DNA of 64,000 bases from the human T2T-CHM13v2.0 reference genome, Homo sapiens. Numbering within the stretch: the stretch's first letter is position 1; every line of letters begins with the position of its first letter. The notes beneath the pieces were generated by a model. The model saw nothing but the letters and a program-made list of their open reading frames with translations, was not told the origin of the DNA and did not search any database. The translations under genes and the position numbers were made by a program. The stretch lies in assembly GCF_009914755.1 (NCBI RefSeq), contig NC_060931.1; one strand, given 5' to 3'. Below are positions 60,173 through 64,000 of the stretch, one piece after another.

Positions 60173-61961
60173 TTAAAACAATATGGAGCCTCTGCTTTCT
60201 CCCTGCCCTCACTTTTATCCCCAGTTCTACTGAGGGTATAAAAGGTAAAATTTTCCTGGTCTTCTTACATGATACAACTAAAGAACAAAATTAGTCAAAA
60301 AAAGAAGAGAAAGAAAAATAAATTTGTTTTATGACTCATACCACAATTTCTATAATGTCCGAGACCTTATATAAATTGCCAAAAAATTTTACATGAACAA
60401 AGGATACCAACAGAAGAAATACAGAATGTGTTTAAACATATTAAAAGCCTCCAGTCTCACTTATGGGAGAAGTGAAAAACACAAGATATCACTTTCACAT
60501 ACTAGATTGGCAAAGTTTGATAAAGTCCTGTGTTAGGGAGAATTGGAGAAAGACTCCCCCACAATGCTGATGGAAATTTAAACTAGCTCCAGCTCTACAA
60601 CACAATTTAAAGTGCAGTTCTACTTCTGGGAATTTATCATGTGGATACATGCTTACATACACACGACATGCAAAAACAGATTCACTACAATATTGTTCAT
60701 AACTGCAAGAGACTGGAAACAACCTAAATATCCAAACTGCGATTAATCAAAGTCATGCCATATCTGTACAATCAAATACTATGTAACTATAAAAAATATA
60801 TTTATATACACAAAACATTCAAATGTTATGGTATCATTTGTGTAAAAGGAGGAATACATACATGTAGCATTTGTTTTCCACATGGTTATCTCCCAAGAGA
60901 TAAGGTAGTTAGGGAATAATACTGGGAGGAAGATTTGTACTATGTGCATCTTCAAATCTTTTATATTTTGAACCATGTGAGTGTTATTGATTTTACAAAT
61001 AAAGTTCCATTTACCTTATACACATTTCCATCTTCTTCTCAGTCTTTTCTTTCATAGTCCCTCCTGAGTGAGTACTGCCTATAGTAACCTAGCTGAGCTC
61101 CTACTCTTGCAGCTCGTTTTACTTTTCCCCTTCAGGGCTCAGAGTCAGCCAGTGTGGTCTTTTCTTTCACCTTTCTGACACAGAGGACAGTCAGCCTGCT
61201 CCTGCCAGTATGGTATCTGGAGGTAGGTAGTTCAGGCTTCCATAGTTAGCTAACACCCAGTGCTGTGCTACTGAGCACTTTGTATGCCATTCTTTCATGT
61301 TCATATTCTGGGCAGATCTGTTAAAGGCCATATTTGTGGGACCCCCATTTCTCTCTCTAGTGCTCAGTTTATTAGATCTTTTCCAGCCTATAGAATTATC
61401 TTTTCCTAGGGGAGACTGTTTGATCTGTCAAGTATTGCCTGTTTACTGCACTGGAATATATTTTTTTCCATAAATCTAAGAGCAAATTACATTAATCCAA
61501 TGTCTGCACGCTCCTAAATGACAATGGTAATCAGGTAACCAGTGAGTAAGAAGACTTATCATTTAACACTGTTGTTTAACACATGATCCAACTTACCAGC
61601 TTCAGATAAAATAGCCATAATATATGTGTCATACAAGAGGGGGAGACGGGGAGAGACTTTATGTTATTTGGCAACAATACCAAGGCCCAGAGCTTCTGCA
61701 AATAGGGTGTGATTCAGTTTCATACTAGACCACTCTATTATTGGCATTAAAGATATATTGAAAATGTAATACAACTTTAACCAATGTAGATTTTTACTAG
61801 ACATTCAAACTTAAAAAGAAAGGCACGATTACAGGGTCAAATTTTGTAAAATAAAGTTTCTCTCTGCCACCTACCAGCCCTTCTCAGTTGAGAAATCCGC
61901 AAAATATGTTACTGTACTTAACTTAGTTATTATATATAGATTAAAAGCTTCAAGCTGCTTA

Positions 61962-62084
<123 letters not shown>

Positions 62085-62118
62085 TTACAAATTTGAAAGC
62101 AATTCAGAAGACATGTAC

Positions 62119-62170
62119 CTTGCTCACAGCTCTCCACCACTCCATACTGGACTAGTAAACTATCCAGCAC
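62119..62170 (-). CDS. IGF2BP3: IGF2BP3 exon 4 (RRM2)
   Basis: Acceptor ctgatag|GTG; VLDSLLVQYGVVESCEQ+G; donor AAG|GTACAT; followed by a 92-bp intron. Confidence 0.94.
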
Positions 62171-62559
62171 CTATCAGGAGGGGGAGAGAAAATTATAAAT
62201 TTTGAGTTTCCCAAGTTATTATCAAGGGCAGGAATATGTCTTAAAATCACTAAGTAATTGTGATGGAAAAGAGCCAAAAAATTATCTGGGGCTTTGGACT
62301 GCAGAACTAAGGGATGGATACCACAAATATCACACTCAGACTTGTCTCTTCTGCCCTCTCCTAGATCCCTGACATTAATCTCATTTCCTATGGCTAACCA
62401 AGAACTGGCTCAGAAAAGTATGCAAAGCCACAGCCGCCTGGTTCCTGAGGCTGAAGGAGAAAGAGCATATATTTCTCATACATACACAAACACATCATCA
62501 TACTTTCTCCTTGTAAACAAAGTCACTAGACAAGGAACCAAGTTACAAACTAAAGTTTA

Positions 62560-62712
62560 ACAGGGCGCGGTGGCTCGCACCTGTAATCCTAGTACTTTGG
62601 GAGGCCAAGATGGGAGCATAGCTTGAGGCCAGGAGTTCGAGACCAGCCTGGTCAACATAGTGAGACCCCCCATCTCTAAAAAATAAAGTAAAATAAAAAG
62701 AGAAAAAAAAAA
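62560..62712 (+). mobile_element. FLAM-C-like Alu monomer
   Basis: Single monomer with tail; TSD AAACTAAAGTTT. Confidence 0.82.
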
Positions 62713-63164
62713 CTAAAGTTTTATCTATAAGATGTTCTTTTCCAAAGGACTTCTTTTACAGCTCGAATGGTTCTTACAAAACAGATTGCTCAAGGCAGGC
62801 TAGAAAAATGAAGACAGCACAGTGCATACTCTACCTGGAGTGGAATTTAAAGCCCAACATAAATACATAGACAGCAAAAGTGTGAAATGAAGCAAACATT
62901 TCTAAGTCTACACGGGGTTGGGAAATGTACAATTTGAAGCTGTCTATGTTTTTACCATCTTTCCTGTAGCTGTATTATTATACTATGCATGTTATCCAAA
63001 TGGAGAGGCTGTTAGAACAGTAACTGTAAGTTTATTATAATATCAACTGCAGATGTACGTCTCATCAATATAAACCAAATTCAGGTGTCCTTAGCTTCTA
63101 AGAGCTATAGCAAAACAAAGTAAGTTTCTGTAAATTATAGCAAATTACTTACTCATCAGTTTAA

Positions 63165-63975
<811 letters not shown>

Positions 63976-64000
63976 GTTTTTCTTTTAAATAAGGTTAATA

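Overview
Primate (very probably human, 7p15.3) genomic DNA with two convergent genes. On the + strand is the 3' part of MALSU1 (mitoribosome assembly factor, RsfS family): end of exon 1 plus exons 2-4. On the - strand is IGF2BP3/IMP3, exons 4-15 plus the full 3'UTR. All exon boundaries were traced by hand and splice in frame. The introns hold about 40 Alus, an old fragmented L1M, MaLR/ERV LTRs, DNA transposons and MIRs. IGF2BP3 intron 10 holds a full-length 6.04-kb L1PA3-like element with a 15-bp TSD, antisense to the host gene. Top observation: this L1 is dead for ORF1/ORF2 but keeps an intact, extended antisense ORF0 with a phase-0 donor about 2 kb upstream of exon 11, plus an antisense poly(A) hexamer. 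It also sits exactly between the KH1-2 and KH3-4 didomains. That is a candidate gene-breaking module producing an RRM+KH1-2 half and an ORF0-KH3/4 fusion (inference, untested). Other signals: two consecutive GC-AG introns, a cryptic ~850-bp inversion splitting an Alu and an MST LTR, templated-insertion scars, a stop codon inside a poly(A) signal, a back-to-back bidirectional poly(A) site, and exon phases allowing stop-less circRNAs. Repeat subfamily names and gene numbering come from recall, and repeat boundaries are approximate.
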